64,000 nucleotides of DNA, taken from Ministeria vibrans ATCC 50519 (Eukaryota; Protista; Filasterea). The position numbers and the translations under genes are program-made. Positions 1 to 15,786 of the stretch are shown piece after piece. The notes below the pieces were generated by a model. That model was not told the DNA's origin, did not search any database, and saw nothing but the letters and a program-made list of their open reading frames with translations. Each line of letters starts with the position of its first letter. The first letter of the stretch is position 1. Where the stretch lies: contig CALSCP010001674.1 in NCBI GenBank assembly GCA_943704425.1, positions 124,096 through 188,095 of the forward strand, written 5' to 3'.

Positions 1-190
1 AAGAAAGGAATCAACAATTGAAGCAGAGAAAGAGAGAAAGGAGGGAGGGAGAAAACACAAGAAAGGAATCAACAATTGAAGCAGAGAAAGAGAGAAAGGA
101 GGGAGGGAGAGAACACAAGAAAGGAATCAACAATTGAAGCAGAGAAAGGGAGAAAGGAGGGAGGGAGAAAACACAAGAAAGGAATCAATA
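1..190. repeat. 58-bp tandem repeat (~3.2 copies) in an importin-beta intron
   Basis: Unit aagaaaggaatcaacaattgaagcagagaaagagagaaaggagggagggagaaaacac restarts at 1, 59, 117 and 175. Confidence 0.9.
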
Positions 191-224
191 TCAATAATAT
201 AATGCAATGATTGTGATTTTATAG

Positions 225-1252
225 GTGTGCTCACTTGCGGTTGGACTTGTGGGAGACATTTGCCGGGCACTGGGGCCGGACGTCGTGAACTACTGCGAGG
301 AGTTTATGCGTCTGCTGCTGGACGATGTTGCAGTACGAATGACGGGGAAGCGCACGCGAGTTGAACTCATTCGTGTGTCTTGTGTGTGTAGGATCCCCGA
401 CTCCATCGCAGTGTGAAGCCACCAATTCTGTCTGCGTTTGGAGACATTGCGCTCGCAATTGGAACGCTGTTTCAGGGCAACTACCTGGACGTGACAATGA
501 CGGTGCTGCAGCAGGCGTCGATTGTGCAGGCGCCCGACGCCATGGACTACGACACCATCGAGTACCTCAACCGTCTGCGCTCGGCTTGTCTTGAGGCGTA
601 CACCAGCATTGTCCAGGGCCTCAAGGGCGTCGGCAACACCCCCCAGCGTATGCACACCCTTCACTCTGCCATGCTCTTCTTTTCTCTTACCCTTGTGTGT
701 CATTTTGTTGTTGTTGTTGTTGTGGTTGCAGCGGAAGTGCAGGTGCTGCTGCCCTACCTCACTCACATGGTCAAGTTTGTTGAGTTTGTTGCACAGGACC
801 GGGAACACTCCGAAGACGTTGTTCAGGGCGCGCTTGGTCTTATTGGGTACGACACAGAGACAGAGAAATTGAGAGTGAACAAAAAGGATGGGGCAGAGTG
901 TGAGAGCAAAGTCAGGAAAAAGACATCATAGTTTGCGAGTTTGGGAACAAATCAAAATCAAAACCAAATGGATACACAAAATCAAATGGAACGAAAGGCA
1001 ATGTGTACTCATTCTCGTTCCGTGACTTAGGGACCTTGCGGAGTCGTTTGGCGTGACGATGCAGCGCTATGTGGACCAGAACGTCATGGGCGCCTTCCTT
1101 AAGCAGAGCCGCCTCTCGTCCTCCTCCCAGACCACCAGACTCGCAGAGTGGGCCACCAGAGTACGCCAATTTTTCTTCTCCCCTCTCCGTCTGCCCTTTC
1201 TAATTCTTCCTTGACTCTTGCGTCGTAGACAATCACCAAGTGCCTTGCTTAA
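225..1252 (+). CDS. KPNB1: Importin subunit beta-1, C-terminal exons (5' part lies outside the window)
   Basis: Spliced peptide VCSLAVGLVGDICRAL...|DPRLHRSVKPPILSAFGDIALAIG...YLNRLRSACLEAYTSIVQGLKG...GALGLIG|DLAESFG...LAEWATR|TITKCLA* matches the importin-beta C-terminal HEAT repeats; GT-AG introns. Confidence 0.93.
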
Positions 1253-1304
1253 AGCTCTTTCACTCTCCTTTCTCTTGACACACAAAATGAACTGAACACG
1301 TTAT

Positions 1305-2014
1305 TCAAATAAGATACATGATGGCATTGCCAATGAACAAGCCAGCATTGGTGCCTCGCCCCGGCGAGATTGCCGTTCCCACACCCGCACACACACCACC
1401 AAGAGCGACTGAGGCAAAGCACAGAAAGACATTTTGCTTTGTGTGAAGCACCAGGGCAGTGCGGTCTCTCTCACGGCCGTGCGAGCGCAGGTACACTACG
1501 ACGACAATAGCCTCTTCGACAAGCAGCGTCGCCAACTGTGGCAAAAGCGACGAGAAGACGGCGACCGGGACAGTGTCGAGAGCAGCATGAAGAAGCGGGA
1601 AGTGCAAAGCGGCACTGTCGGCCGCCGCCTGGGTGTAGCGCGCGTGCTTTCGAACAGCGGAGGTGCCCACGACTACACGCAGCAAGATGAAAAGAAGGGG
1701 AGCGGGTGAGAATGCGAAGTGAGCGACAGATGGGGGTTGTGTTTTGCACCTTTGGTGAGACGACGCGTCAACGCTGGCGAGGCAGTTTTCTGCACAAGCA
1801 GCTTAAAACCTTCGCGGACGGTTGCGGTGATGCCGTCGCGACAGACACCGACTGCGATTTCGCGAAAGAACAGACGAGCAGACGGAATCTTTCCATTGGG
1901 GGCTGTCGCGAGGTAGCCTTGGATCAGTGCTTGCTTCGTGGCGTACAGACTCAGCGAGGCAGGTTGAAGGGCCACGTCCAAGCCAGCAAAGTTTTCCATC
2001 GTTGCAGACGCCAT
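1305..2014 (-). CDS. Hypothetical protein, two exons, hydrophobic glycine-rich C-terminus
   Basis: ORFs 1673..2020 and 1305..1685 are joined by a plausible GT-AG intron (caaag|gtgcaa...gtgtag|tcgtgg); coding-like GC content; no family recognised. Confidence 0.55.
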
Positions 2015-2679
2015 GATCAAAAATATGATTAATTAGAAGAAGAAGAATANNNNNNNNNNNNNNNNNNNNNNNNNNNNNNNNNNNNNNNNNNNNNNNNNNN
2101 NNNNNNNNNNNNNNNNNNNNNNNNNNNNNNNNNNNNNNNNNNNNNNNNNNNNNNNNNNNNNNNNNNNNNNNNNNNNNNNNNNNNNNNNNNNNNNNNNNNN
2201 NNNNNNNNNNNNNNNNNNNNNNNNNNNNNNNNNNNNNNNNNNNNNNNNNNNNNNNNNNNNNNNNNNNNNNNNNNNNNNNNNNNNNNNNNNNNNNNNNNNN
2301 NNNNNNNNNNNNNNNNNNNNNNNNNNNNNNNNNNNNNNNNNNNNNNNNNNNNNNNNNNNNNNNNNNNNNNNNNNNNNNNNNNNNNNNNNNNNNNNNNNNN
2401 NNNNNNNNNNNNNNNNNNNNNNNNNNNNNNNNNNNNNNNNNNNNNNNNNNNNNNNNNNNNNNNNNNNNNNNNNNNNNNNNNNNNNNNNNNNNNNNNNNNN
2501 NNNNNNNNNNNNNNNNNNNNNNNNNNNNNNNNNNNNNNNNNNNGACCCTGCCTCCCCCCCCCCCCCCTACCCGCTACACTGTCACGCACCTATCCCACTG
2601 TCGTGCAGCACGCTGTGAAACAAGCAGCCGTACCTGCGAGAGTTTGTCCTGTTCAAAGTTGCGGTCACTTTCGAACTTG

Positions 2680-4818
2680 ATGAGTACGCAGTCGGCGCCC
2701 AGTACGCCGGGCCACAAGCGGTCGATATCGGCGCTGCGACGGGAACGGCGTAAGCGGGTGACGCTTCTTAAGAAAGCCGAGGCGGCGCAGCAGGCGCTCT
2801 CGGGAGAGGCGTCGCCCAACGAGGCGGAAAGCGTCGAGAAGAAACTGCCTTGGCGTGGTTGGGGCCAGCCTCGCGAGATGCGAACGGAGGGCGACGGGGA
2901 AGACAGTCGGGACGAGGAAGACCAGCGCTGGCTTGATCCCGACAGCGCCCTCTCGTACGGTTCGCTCAGTTGCGGCAGTACAAGTGTGACGAATTACGAC
3001 GACTCGTTTGCATTGCCCGTCGCCATTGACGACGATTTCGTCGAGAAGGTCAAGACATCGCTGGCCTTTCCCGAGGTCGAGCGCACGCGCATGTTCAATC
3101 GCGTCAACGACGACGGCAGCGAGAGCGACACTTCGATGCACAGCGACGGCGAAACCGACTTGTCCCGCCACATTCCCATTTCCCTCCCACGCCGATTCCA
3201 CGGCGTCCTCATCGACGCCAAGACCATCGGGCCGTGTACCGAAGACGACCCCGTGTGGCACGATGCTGGTCTTCCGGCCTCCCTGCCCATCGACGATTCC
3301 TCGTTCGGGACACATTTTGTCTCACGGCGCGGCGTCAAACTCGATCCGCTCGTTCACTCACACGTGCGCTTCTCCGTTGTCCTGGTTGACATGAGCGCAT
3401 CGACATCCACCACAGCAACAAAAACAGCAGCAACAGGGCAAGAAGGAGGCAGTGGCGACGACAGCGACGACGACAGCAGTCCCACGAATGGGTTTGCGGG
3501 TGACGACGACGCAGCATCATTGGCGGCATGGGTAAGCAGGCGGGTCCGTTACCAGGCGACAGCAGTGCGTCTTGTCGCAGGACGACGCCCGTCCACGCGA
3601 CTTGCGTCCGACACAGCCTGGCTGCCTACTGCAGGCCCTGCGCCCAAACCTCCAATGGACCCAGTGCCCCTCGACACCCTCGACGCCCCCATCCTCACTG
3701 GCATCGTCTCCTCCCGCCCCTTCCGCTCCCTCTCCGTCAATGTCTTTGACGTCGCCACCGCCAACGGCGACCGTCTTCCCAATGTTCAGCTCTTCTTTGA
3801 CTTTGATCCGGCGTTTGACAGAGCCTTTCTCAGTCGCAACGTAAGTGTTTGATATCATGTCAAAAAACAGCACTAACATGACTTGTGTTCTACATAGTTT
3901 CCAATCTTTCGGGCGGGTACCAAAGTGCAGTTTATCGAAGGAATGGAGTCACTGGCACAACCCGTCGACGACACTGTGACGCACGCGTACGTCCAGTCGG
4001 GACCTCCTGCGCTCCCGCCCGCGACCGCCTCTCCCGCCGCTCCCGCCTCCTCGCCTGTCCTCAGCACCACCACCACCGTCGCTCACTCCTCGACCACCCG
4101 TCTGCAAGATTTGTCCCCTCCCATTCTTCATCACATCTGTACCTTTGTCCGCGACGGCGACTCCCTGTGTCACGCCGCCTGCACCTGCTCTGCCCTGCGC
4201 GACGCCGCTGACCCCTCCGACTCCCTTCTCTGGCTAAACGCCATTGCTGCGCGCTGGCCGCGCACTGAATCCCATGTTCGCAGCACCAACATCACCGCCG
4301 CTTCCTCCGTCCCCCATACACACTTCCTCGCTCTCTCCAAACTGGCTCGTGAGCTGCATGCCACTGTCCGTTCCGCAGTCATGCGCTACGAAGTCCACAA
4401 CCGCCTCGACGAACAGCTCTCGCTGCTCTTCACCGCCTCCACCCATCTCACGCGTCGCTTTCTTGACCACCAGCAACAGCTCTCCATCAACATCCTTCTC
4501 GACGGTGACCACGACCACCATCCCGACGCCTCCCGTGCCGCCGTCTATCTGCAACACACCGTCGCCCGCGCCCTCCTCGAGATCCAACACATCCTTGCTA
4601 CCGTCCCCGTCGCTGCCGCCGCCTGGCCCCACGGCGAACCCCACTGGATCGCCTCCCTCTGCGACGCTCTTATTGACACCCGCCGCACCGTTCAGACCAC
4701 CACCATCCACACTCTCTTGGGCCCCTCCCTCATTGACTCCAACCTTCGCGCTCTCCTTGTGCGCGTCGTCTCCAAATTCTTCCAGACGCGTTCTGCCGTC
4801 CTCAATCTGAACTTGTAG
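2680..4818 (+). CDS. F-box domain protein with long N-terminal region, two exons
   Basis: Intron 3841-3897 (gtaagt...cactaac...tag) joins two long ORFs in frame; F-box-like motif LQDLSPPILHHICTFVRDGDSLCHAACTCSALRDAA...LW. Confidence 0.7.
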
Positions 4819-4989
4819 AACATTACACGATTTTCAGAATAAATTATATTATAGTCCGAGTAGGAAGCATTGTATTATCAATTTACTAATAGTCTTTTAC
4901 TACAATAATATTTTCTCCCTTGACATGAGTTGACTCTTTAGTCAGATCAATCAATTATTGTGATATTGCATCAGTATTAGTTTTATTTT

Positions 4990-6684
4990 ATGTCATCTTT
5001 GAATGAGATTATAGAGTTTGTGCGTGGCGACGCGCCCTTAGACTCGTTTGAGGCTCCGTCAGTGGTGCTGGGGCGGGAGGAGAGCGACGTGAGTTGTGCG
5101 CTGCCTCGCACGTCCTTTCCGGACTGGGATGCTCTCGAGGCCCTTGTTCACCAGCCCATTCCATGTGCCGCTGTAGCACTACGGCAGGCCCTGCGTGGCG
5201 CTGAGCCTGCATTTGAGCCTTCGCTCGAGCTGTTTGCCTGGACTTCGACGCCGTCTTTTTGGATGATGCAATGCGCACAGTTCAAGCGAAACGACGCAAT
5301 AGAGACAACCGTTGCCTTGCGCTATGTCACGGCCGAGTTAGAGCACTCGCTGAAGCAGCTACTTCCGGCACCGGTGCCGCCCCTTCTGGCGCAGGTGTGC
5401 GAGAGTGCGTCTCTTGTGCAACTGTTTGGCCCGACAGTGTGCTGCGTCCTCTCGCTGCTCCTTGGCTACCCCACCGGTCTGAATGTGCGCAATCTCTCTT
5501 GGCACGGCTTTCTATCCGTCACCGACGAACATCCCCGTGATATTCTTGGCGCTCTACTTGCCGTTGTGGCGTCTCTTGGACCGAGGCTTGAAAGTGCGCG
5601 TAAAACAACTTCCGCTCCTCCTTCCACGCCGCAACAGTGCGCATGTGAACCCTCGCGCCTCAAAGACCCTTCTCCATTTTTTAACTACTGCTCGCAAGAA
5701 CTGAGTCATGCGACGTTCTGCACCAGTCGCCTCGTGTGTGCGTCGCGAGGTTCGCTTGCATGTCTCTCGCGCGCTCTGTCGCTCTATTCCAAGCGAGACT
5801 GCTACAGTGCCCTTGTGCTAATCTGGCCCGAAATTGAACGACTCTGTCGCATTCGATTTGTATCTACCAACGACGAGCCTTGCGAACGACTCGCACCCGC
5901 CAAGGGCACACTCTTCACCACTTTCGATGAGATGTTTGCATCTCGCCAGGACAATCTCTTTCTTCACTCACTCTCGCGTGGCACTCGCGAACTCTTTTTT
6001 GACCTTCACTCTGCCCCCAATGGACCTCGAATTCGCGACACACTCTCACATGGAATGCGTCGAAACATCCAAAGTGGGGCGGAAGGCGGAGGAGAGGGAG
6101 ACCTTGGAGAGACGCTGGCGGCGCAGTCACTGGCGCTGGTTAGTGCGCTTGTGCTTGACGACTCGTGCGAGCCTTTGTGTGTCTCCGCGTACCGCTCACA
6201 CTTGCATCCCGCGAGTCTCTTGCGTTGTGCAGCGCAGGCCTGTCGTCAGTCGGTGGAAGCATTTGCAAGTGAGTGTTGCGAGGAAGGAGAAGAGGAATGT
6301 ACGGTGTCTTTTGGCGTAGAGCACTGTGTCCTCTCCGATTGCGTTAGTGTGCTCACCTTTGATGAGGCGACGGTGCACTCTGCTGAACTTGCACGTAAGA
6401 TTCTCACACGTGTCGCCGAACTGGCAATGGACTTGAAAGAGTCGCTGGTGAGTCGCCGCAATGCGTACGAGGCAGACGAGCTTACACACGCCAAGCGCGC
6501 CAACTACGCGCGTTTGCTCGCGCACGCCCGCCCTTTATTGTGCGCCACAGTCGCCTTCTACTGCGACGTATTCGACCACTTTGAGACAGTGCCGCACCTC
6601 CGACGCTGCCTCACTGTCATGGCGCAGACAAGCAAGTTGTGTGGGCGCCGCGAATGGCCCGAGCTGTTACGCAAGATTGAGTAA
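4990..6684 (+). CDS. ERMARD: ERMARD / C6orf70 homolog (DUF4209), intronless
   Basis: Signature motifs GYPTGLNVRNLSWHGFL and GPRIRDTLSHG, plus LFTTFDEMF, in a 564-aa ORF. Confidence 0.85.
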   Translation: MSSLNEIIEFVRGDAPLDSFEAPSVVLGREESDVSCALPRTSFPDWDALEALVHQPIPCAAVALRQALRGAEPAFEPSLELFAWTSTPSFWMMQCAQFKRNDAIETTVALRYVTAELEHSLKQLLPAPVPPLLAQVCESASLVQLFGPTVCCVLSLLLGYPTGLNVRNLSWHGFLSVTDEHPRDILGALLAVVASLGPRLESARKTTSAPPSTPQQCACEPSRLKDPSPFFNYCSQELSHATFCTSRLVCASRGSLACLSRALSLYSKRDCYSALVLIWPEIERLCRIRFVSTNDEPCERLAPAKGTLFTTFDEMFASRQDNLFLHSLSRGTRELFFDLHSAPNGPRIRDTLSHGMRRNIQSGAEGGGEGDLGETLAAQSLALVSALVLDDSCEPLCVSAYRSHLHPASLLRCAAQACRQSVEAFASECCEEGEEECTVSFGVEHCVLSDCVSVLTFDEATVHSAELARKILTRVAELAMDLKESLVSRRNAYEADELTHAKRANYARLLAHARPLLCATVAFYCDVFDHFETVPHLRRCLTVMAQTSKLCGRREWPELLRKIE

Positions 6685-6967
6685 TATTATAATAATAATA
6701 ATTATTATTATTATAATTGTAATAATTATATTTTTTATGACTGTTAGCAATTAACAGTTATTATGAACGTCCACCCAATTACATGTAACTCTCAATAAAC
6801 TTTGCGATCCAAGTTTGTAACAGAACTACAGCATGCAGCCACAGTGATTCTCAGAGCCACATTGTGAATATTTAATGAATAAGAAGAGGAACACATTCCC
6901 AAAATATCAGGATTAAAAATGAATAATCTAGAATTGTATATTTTGTATTCAATTTTTCTTTTTCATC

Positions 6968-9707
<2,740 letters not shown>

Positions 9708-9758
9708 TAAAGAAAAACAAAGAGTCTCTCGCTCTCATTGTTTGTGTGGTATTGTATT

Positions 9759-12700
9759 TCAATTAATATTTATTTTCTCATTTTTGATGACGGCGTTGAT
9801 CTGAGAGGCACTGAGCGTCTCGTGCTCAAGCAGGGCATTGGCCACGCGGTCGAGAGCAGCGCGGTTGGACACGAGCAAGTTGTGTGCACGGGTGTACGCC
9901 CCGTCGACGAGTGCCTTGATCTCCGCGTCAATCAGTGCCTTGGTGGCGGGCCCTGCACCCTTGCTGTCGTCGTCATAGACCACTTTGCCGACCTGCATGG
10001 ATGATGCAAAGTGAGTGGGTATTTGCATTAATTATCACTCATGTGTGTGCGTGTGTGTGTATGGATGAGTGTTACCTTTTCTGACATACCAAACTTGGTG
10101 ACCATTTGATGGGCAATTTGCATTCCCTACAAGAGAGGTTAACGACAAAAGTTTCGATGCACAGCGACAACAGACCTGCTGGAAGTCGGATGAGGCGCCG
10201 CTAGTAACATTCTCACGGCCAAAGATGAGCTCTTCGGCGGCACGACCGCCCATGCAGATGGCCAGGCGCGCCGAAAGCTGCTTGTACGTCCACGAGGACA
10301 GATCCGTCTCCGGGATTTGGTAAACGGCCCCTAAAAAGAGAATAGTGAATGGGTGTCTAGAGTATATATGTTTAGTATGTATGTATGTACCGAGTGCCTG
10401 TCCCCGCGGGAGAATAGTTGCCTTGTGAATGGGCTGTGCGCCCTCATTCGCCAGACACACTGCGACCAGTGCGTGTCCGCCTTCGTGGAACGCAACCAGT
10501 CTACGTATTACATTGTGTGTTACACATGGTTGTTGGGTTGTTTAGTTAATACTTTCGCGATTTTTCGTCCATGAGCGTCTTGCGCTCTGCTCCCATAAAA
10601 ATGCGATCAAACCCAAACTGGAAGTGTTCTGCCTTGACAGCACTGTCTCCCTCAACGGACGCACGCAACGCTGCTTGATTCACCAGATTCGCCAACTACA
10701 CACAGAGAAACAGAAAAGAAGGGAGCACTCAGAGCGTATTCTCAGAGTGTAACTAAATCGTACTTGGGCACCACTGAAACCAATAGTGAGACGCGCAAAT
10801 ACCCCCAAATCAACTCCATCGTCAAGAGTGATCTTTTTCGAGTGCAACTGAAAAAAGAGCGAGAGAGAAGGGAGAAAGAACAAATTAGTAGAGAAAGAGC
10901 AAAGCGATAGAGAAAGAAAAGGAAAGAGAAAGAGAAAGAAAGAAAGAAAGAGAGAGAGGAGAAAGAAACAAAGTGATAAAGAGAGAGAGAGAAAGCGGAG
11001 TAAGCACACTGACTGTGTGATGTGTAGAATAGAGAACGAGGGAGGGTTTACCTGAAGAATCTCTTTGCGGCCCTTCATGTCGGGCAGGCCCACTGTGACC
11101 TGTGAGTCAAAGCGACCGGGACGGATGAGTGCAGGGTCAAGCAGGTCGGGGAAGTTGGTTGCGCCAATCACAATCACTCCAGAGTCCTCCTAATGCAGTA
11201 CAGTCAGTCAGGGTAAGAGTCAATCAATTGCACAACAGTTCGATCGGGCTTTACTTTAAATCCGTCGAGTTCGACAAGCAGCTGGTTAAGGGTCATGCGA
11301 GCGTACGACTGGTCCTTGGGGTTGCGCTTGCCGCCCATGGCATCAATCTCATCCAGGAAGATGATGCACGGCGCACGCAACTTGGCCGCTGCAAACAGAT
11401 CCCGCACTCGACGCGCTCCAACACCCACAAACACCTGAGACACACAGTGAGTGAGTGAGTGAGTGAGTGAGTGAGTGAGTGTGTGTATATGTATATATGT
11501 CGGATTTGATAGTAATGGTCTTTATACCTCTTCAAATTCACTGCCTGACATGTGGAAGAATGGCACACCGGCCTCACCCGCAATCGCACGCGCCAACAGA
11601 GTCTATGTCAGAGAGAGCACACACTCAGTCTCATTTCTTCTAACACCAACCCTCTCGACTGTTGAGTTTGCCTCACCTTTCCTGTGCCCGGTGGACCCAA
11701 CATCAAAACACCTACGAACAATCAACCCCCACATAACCATCAGAGTTATCTCTTTCTCTCTTTTCTCCCACATAAAATATACCTTTTGGCAATTTTGCGC
11801 CCAAACGCGAAAACTTCTTAGGGTCGCGAAGAAACTACAAAACAAAAAGGCGTTGAATACACACGCATAGACATAGGCCCACACATACACGCACGTACCT
11901 CAACAATCTCCTGCAGCTCCTCTTTTGCCTCGTCAACACCACACACATCGTCAAAGGTCGTCGAGGGAAGGTCCTCAAGCGGACCGGCCTCCTTGTCGCC
12001 AAGCAGCCCACGTCCAATGCCACGGTCGTCGAGGAGCGCATGTGCGCCACTAAGAATAAAGACAACCAGTAGCAGCGACCGGAACGTCTTCCAGGCCTCG
12101 CCACCGCGGGTGCCCATGCGCACGCTGACTGGGTTCTGCTCCGTGCCCAGCGGGCTGTCGCTGTCCCCATCACCGCTGCCGAACAGACCACCCTCTCCAC
12201 TGTTGCTGTTGCTGGGGCGGCGAGAGAACTCTGACGAGATCTGAGACGACGCGCTGCTCTGGACGGAGGTGCCACCATGCTGGTCGGCGAGTTGAGTGAG
12301 CGGCACCTTGTCAATCATGCCAGTGTCGACCAGAGCACGCACATAGATGCGGTGTGCCGTCTCGTTGCTCGCATACTTGCCACTCTGGTAGCGGCGCACA
12401 AGCGTGACCGGATCAGACTCGAGCAGCTCGCGATACAGGTTCACCTGCACATAAGCGATGGCGACGGGTCACAAACAGTCATGAAAGTGTGTTCCGATTT
12501 CGATTTCGGAGAGGCTTAACGTACCTGTGCCGAAGCGCTACGGGGGCGAGCGTCGGCCATGTCTTGGAGGTTTCGGATGTGTGTGGGGGTGGACGAGGGT
12601 GAGCGGGAGAAGGAGAAGAAGGTGCGAGGAGAGGGACGAGCAAAGGGCATTGGCAATGGTTGGGCGCTCGACTGCCGCAGCGCCGTTGACAGTAGCCTGT

Positions 12701-12893
12701 GGCGCGTGGCCATTGCTCCACTAAGACTGGGAAGGTGGTGCAGAGAGCGTGGAGCGGTGCGAAGGACAGCCAAGCTCGCCTGGGCTGCGGAGTGGACGTC
12801 TTGGGTCATCGACAGCGGCACCTGAGCGAGCAGAGCCGAAGAAGAAGGCATGGTCACGACACACAGCGGGGACGGATGGATGGGATGTGTGCG

Positions 12894-12940
<47 letters not shown>

Positions 12941-13076
12941 AACGTACGCTGATCAGGGAGCGAACAGACGCGCTGTTGGTTTTGATCGCCGATTCGTTGT
13001 GGAACATGCGCCGTGTCGAGCGAAACGACGTCGCCAGCGAGTCCACCAGCGACACGTACGGCGATGAGGCGTACAT
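9759..13076 (-). CDS. YME1L1: Mitochondrial i-AAA protease YME1L / FtsH family, multi-exon
   Basis: [65 protein letters not shown], zinc motif [13 protein letters not shown]; start codon uncertain. Confidence 0.93.
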
Positions 13077-13399
13077 GTATGTAGCCAGAAAAGAAAAAGA
13101 TAAAAATATTTTAATTTTTTTAATCTCTGATGATTCTCATCTCATCGGGCGAGTTCGGAGAGGGACGAGTCGTTGGATCCCCGTCAGATAGGGCAACAAC
13201 GCGAGCAAATGCCTCCGCGATGGCTGAACGTATATATTTCGGCGTGTTTTACTGTTCTCTTAACACTCTCTTAACTTCTGTGATGTGATGAGATGACAAA
13301 TTCTTATTCAGTCAACTCATAAGTCGCATTCACACATTTCTCTTCATCACATCCTCTCACGCCCCAACACCTGTTTGCTGTCCCATTAATATTCATTGC

Positions 13400-14673
13400 A
13401 TGGCCGACCGTCCAGGCCACCAAAGACAAAAGTCGATTGCTGGTAACAGAAATCAACGAGACGTAAAAGTGTCTCAGAATACAAATCACACCGCACCGTG
13501 TAGACATCTTCTCGGAGACGATCAATGCGCGGCACGACTCCCCGGCGTCCCCGGTGGCGATCGACGAGTCGTCACGCCCCGAATCCTTCTCGGCCGGCGT
13601 GTTTGCGACGTCTCCGCCCACCGACGACGATCCCTCCTTCTTCCCCGCCAAGACCTTCACCGCGATCTCTGCGCCAGGTACCGTTTCGATGTCTGCAGCT
13701 GCGCCGTGTGTCGTGCCCGTCGTTCCTGCTTTAGAGCGTGTCGCTGTTGTGTGAAAAGCGCTTTTTCGCTGTTTGACGTTACAACTTCGCTGTAGGGACC
13801 AGTCCGCCCTTTTACGCACCTTCTGCGACCCCCCAGGCAACCACTGCCGCTGTAAAGTCCGACGACTCAAAAGCGCTCTCGTTTGAAGGTAGACAACAGC
13901 TCTTTCGAACTCACTTGTGCAAACTCCTTTAACCCTTTTTCAGTGATCAATTTGTTCCACCGCAAGACACATGCGCGCGACGTGAACCTGGAGAAGCTCG
14001 ACGAGCTTGTCAAGAAGGTGCACGGCCAGGGCGAAAACATGTTGCGTTTCTATCATCAAATTGCCACCAAAGGAATGATTGTGTTTCGGTAAGGAAATAG
14101 TGCCCAATGTTGTTATCAAAGTGTGGCTTCTTATCCCCCTTTTCTACAGTGTGTGTTTGAAGGAGCTGAGGGGAAAATTGTTTCTGGACGAACTTGCGTC
14201 AATTTGGCGGACCTTTTATCGTTCGATTTTGCCGATTCTGTCGTTTTTGTTCGTCTCCGAACGCAACGCAAGGCCCATTGCACTCGGTAACATAGAGGAG
14301 AAGGAGAGAGGAGAAGGAGAGAGGAGAAGGAGAGAGGAGAAGGAGAGAGAAAGGGAGAGAAAAAAACAAAGTATGGGAGAGAGAAACAAAGTAATAGTAG
14401 AGAAACAACGGAGAAAAGCAAAGCAATAAAGAGAAAGAACAAAGCGATTAAGCTCTAAGTGATACTAATAATTATTGGTTTGTTTATGTAGTGATATTTC
14501 GTGATGTGGTGATTCTGAGCAAGGACATTCTGCCGTTGTTGCAAGAATCCTTTGCAAAGAAGCTGGCACGGCCGGCCGGAGTGCGCCAGATGCTGCTTGT
14601 GCTGGGCTCCATTCGCACGGGCGATGAGAAGGAGACGGCCATTCATTCGCTTGTGCTTCCTTTGTATTCCTAA
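13400..14673 (+). CDS. PRR5: PRR5/Protor (HbrB-like domain) mTORC2-associated protein, six exons
   Basis: Spliced C-terminal half FLDELASIWRTFYRSILPILSFLF...IAL|VIFRDVVIL...PAGVRQMLLVLGSI resembles PRR5 (LDSLADTWDFFFSDVLP...LLHFRN...PAIVQMLLVLQGV). Confidence 0.72.
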
Positions 14674-15786
14674 GTTATTGCATTATAATATTATTATCAT
14701 GATTGTATTATTATTAAATTTTATCTTGAGTATATTTGATTCAGATTTTGACTTCTTCTCCTCATTGTCTGACTGTGAACCCGCCAGCACACTAAAGTCA
14801 GCACGTTGCTCTCTGGCACAATGAAAATGGTCGTGTGCCTTCAGTGTGTGTGTGTCACTCAGTGTGCAGTGAGTGCCCAATTCGTGGTTCATTCGTGGTT
14901 TTCTTTGAAAGATCAAAATCCAATCAATCACTAATCAGTCCGTTTGATTTCGACGCCTCAGTACCACAGAAAGGTATGTCTACAGGGCGTACACGTTACT
15001 CTGCGCCTGCCTCGCTCCCTGCCCGTCCTTGCTTTTTTCTTTTTCTTTTTTTTCCTTTGGTTTAACACCCAACCCCTTTTCTGGTCTCACACGACGATTC
15101 TGCGCTCCTTGCACACCCCACACCGCTGTTTGTGTTGATATACTGCGTATATCGTGGCAGCCGCTACCGTTGCGATTCTCCTTTGCTTTTTTTTTTTTCT
15201 CTTTTCTCCTTGAGCTTTCTTAGCAACGGACTCTCAACACTCATTGGCAGCCAGTGGTTCGTTGTGCTGAGTGCACGTCTATTGTGGCACCATGGTGCGC
15301 CCTTGGATCAGGCAGTCAGTCTCCAATGCGGCTCTCTGCCAAGAGGACCAGCACGCGGAACGCTTTTTTTTTTTTTTTTGCTCGCCGGACAGGCGCGGCT
15401 TCTCAGTCGCCGGATCTACCGCCTCCTCCTGCGCTTTGTGTTTGCAGGAGTCTCTTGTTGTTTCGTGCGCCAATGGGACAGTGTATATATATGTGCGATG
15501 AGCGTCATTGGCCGTTTTTTTTTTTTTTTTTTTTTTTTTTTGCTCTTTCCTAACAACTGGCAAAACGATTACTGTACCCTTTCGCTTCCCGTTATCGGAG
15601 CCACTGCAGTTGGATGAATGGCTCAGCGACGACGACTCTGTCAGGGTCTCTTTCTTATTATTTTTTATTACAACCTGTCGTTGATTGACTTTTGTGCTTT
15701 TTTTCTGCACTTGCAATTGCTGTGCCCTGTACATGTACACTCCGTTTCCCCTTATCCTTTGTGTTTTTTTTTTTGTAGTATAAAAC

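Noticed and set aside
15250-15650. TPP or cobalamin riboswitch (gctgag and gccactg motifs), or RNase MRP/Y/vault RNA
   Set aside because: Only isolated short matches; the other conserved core elements are absent.
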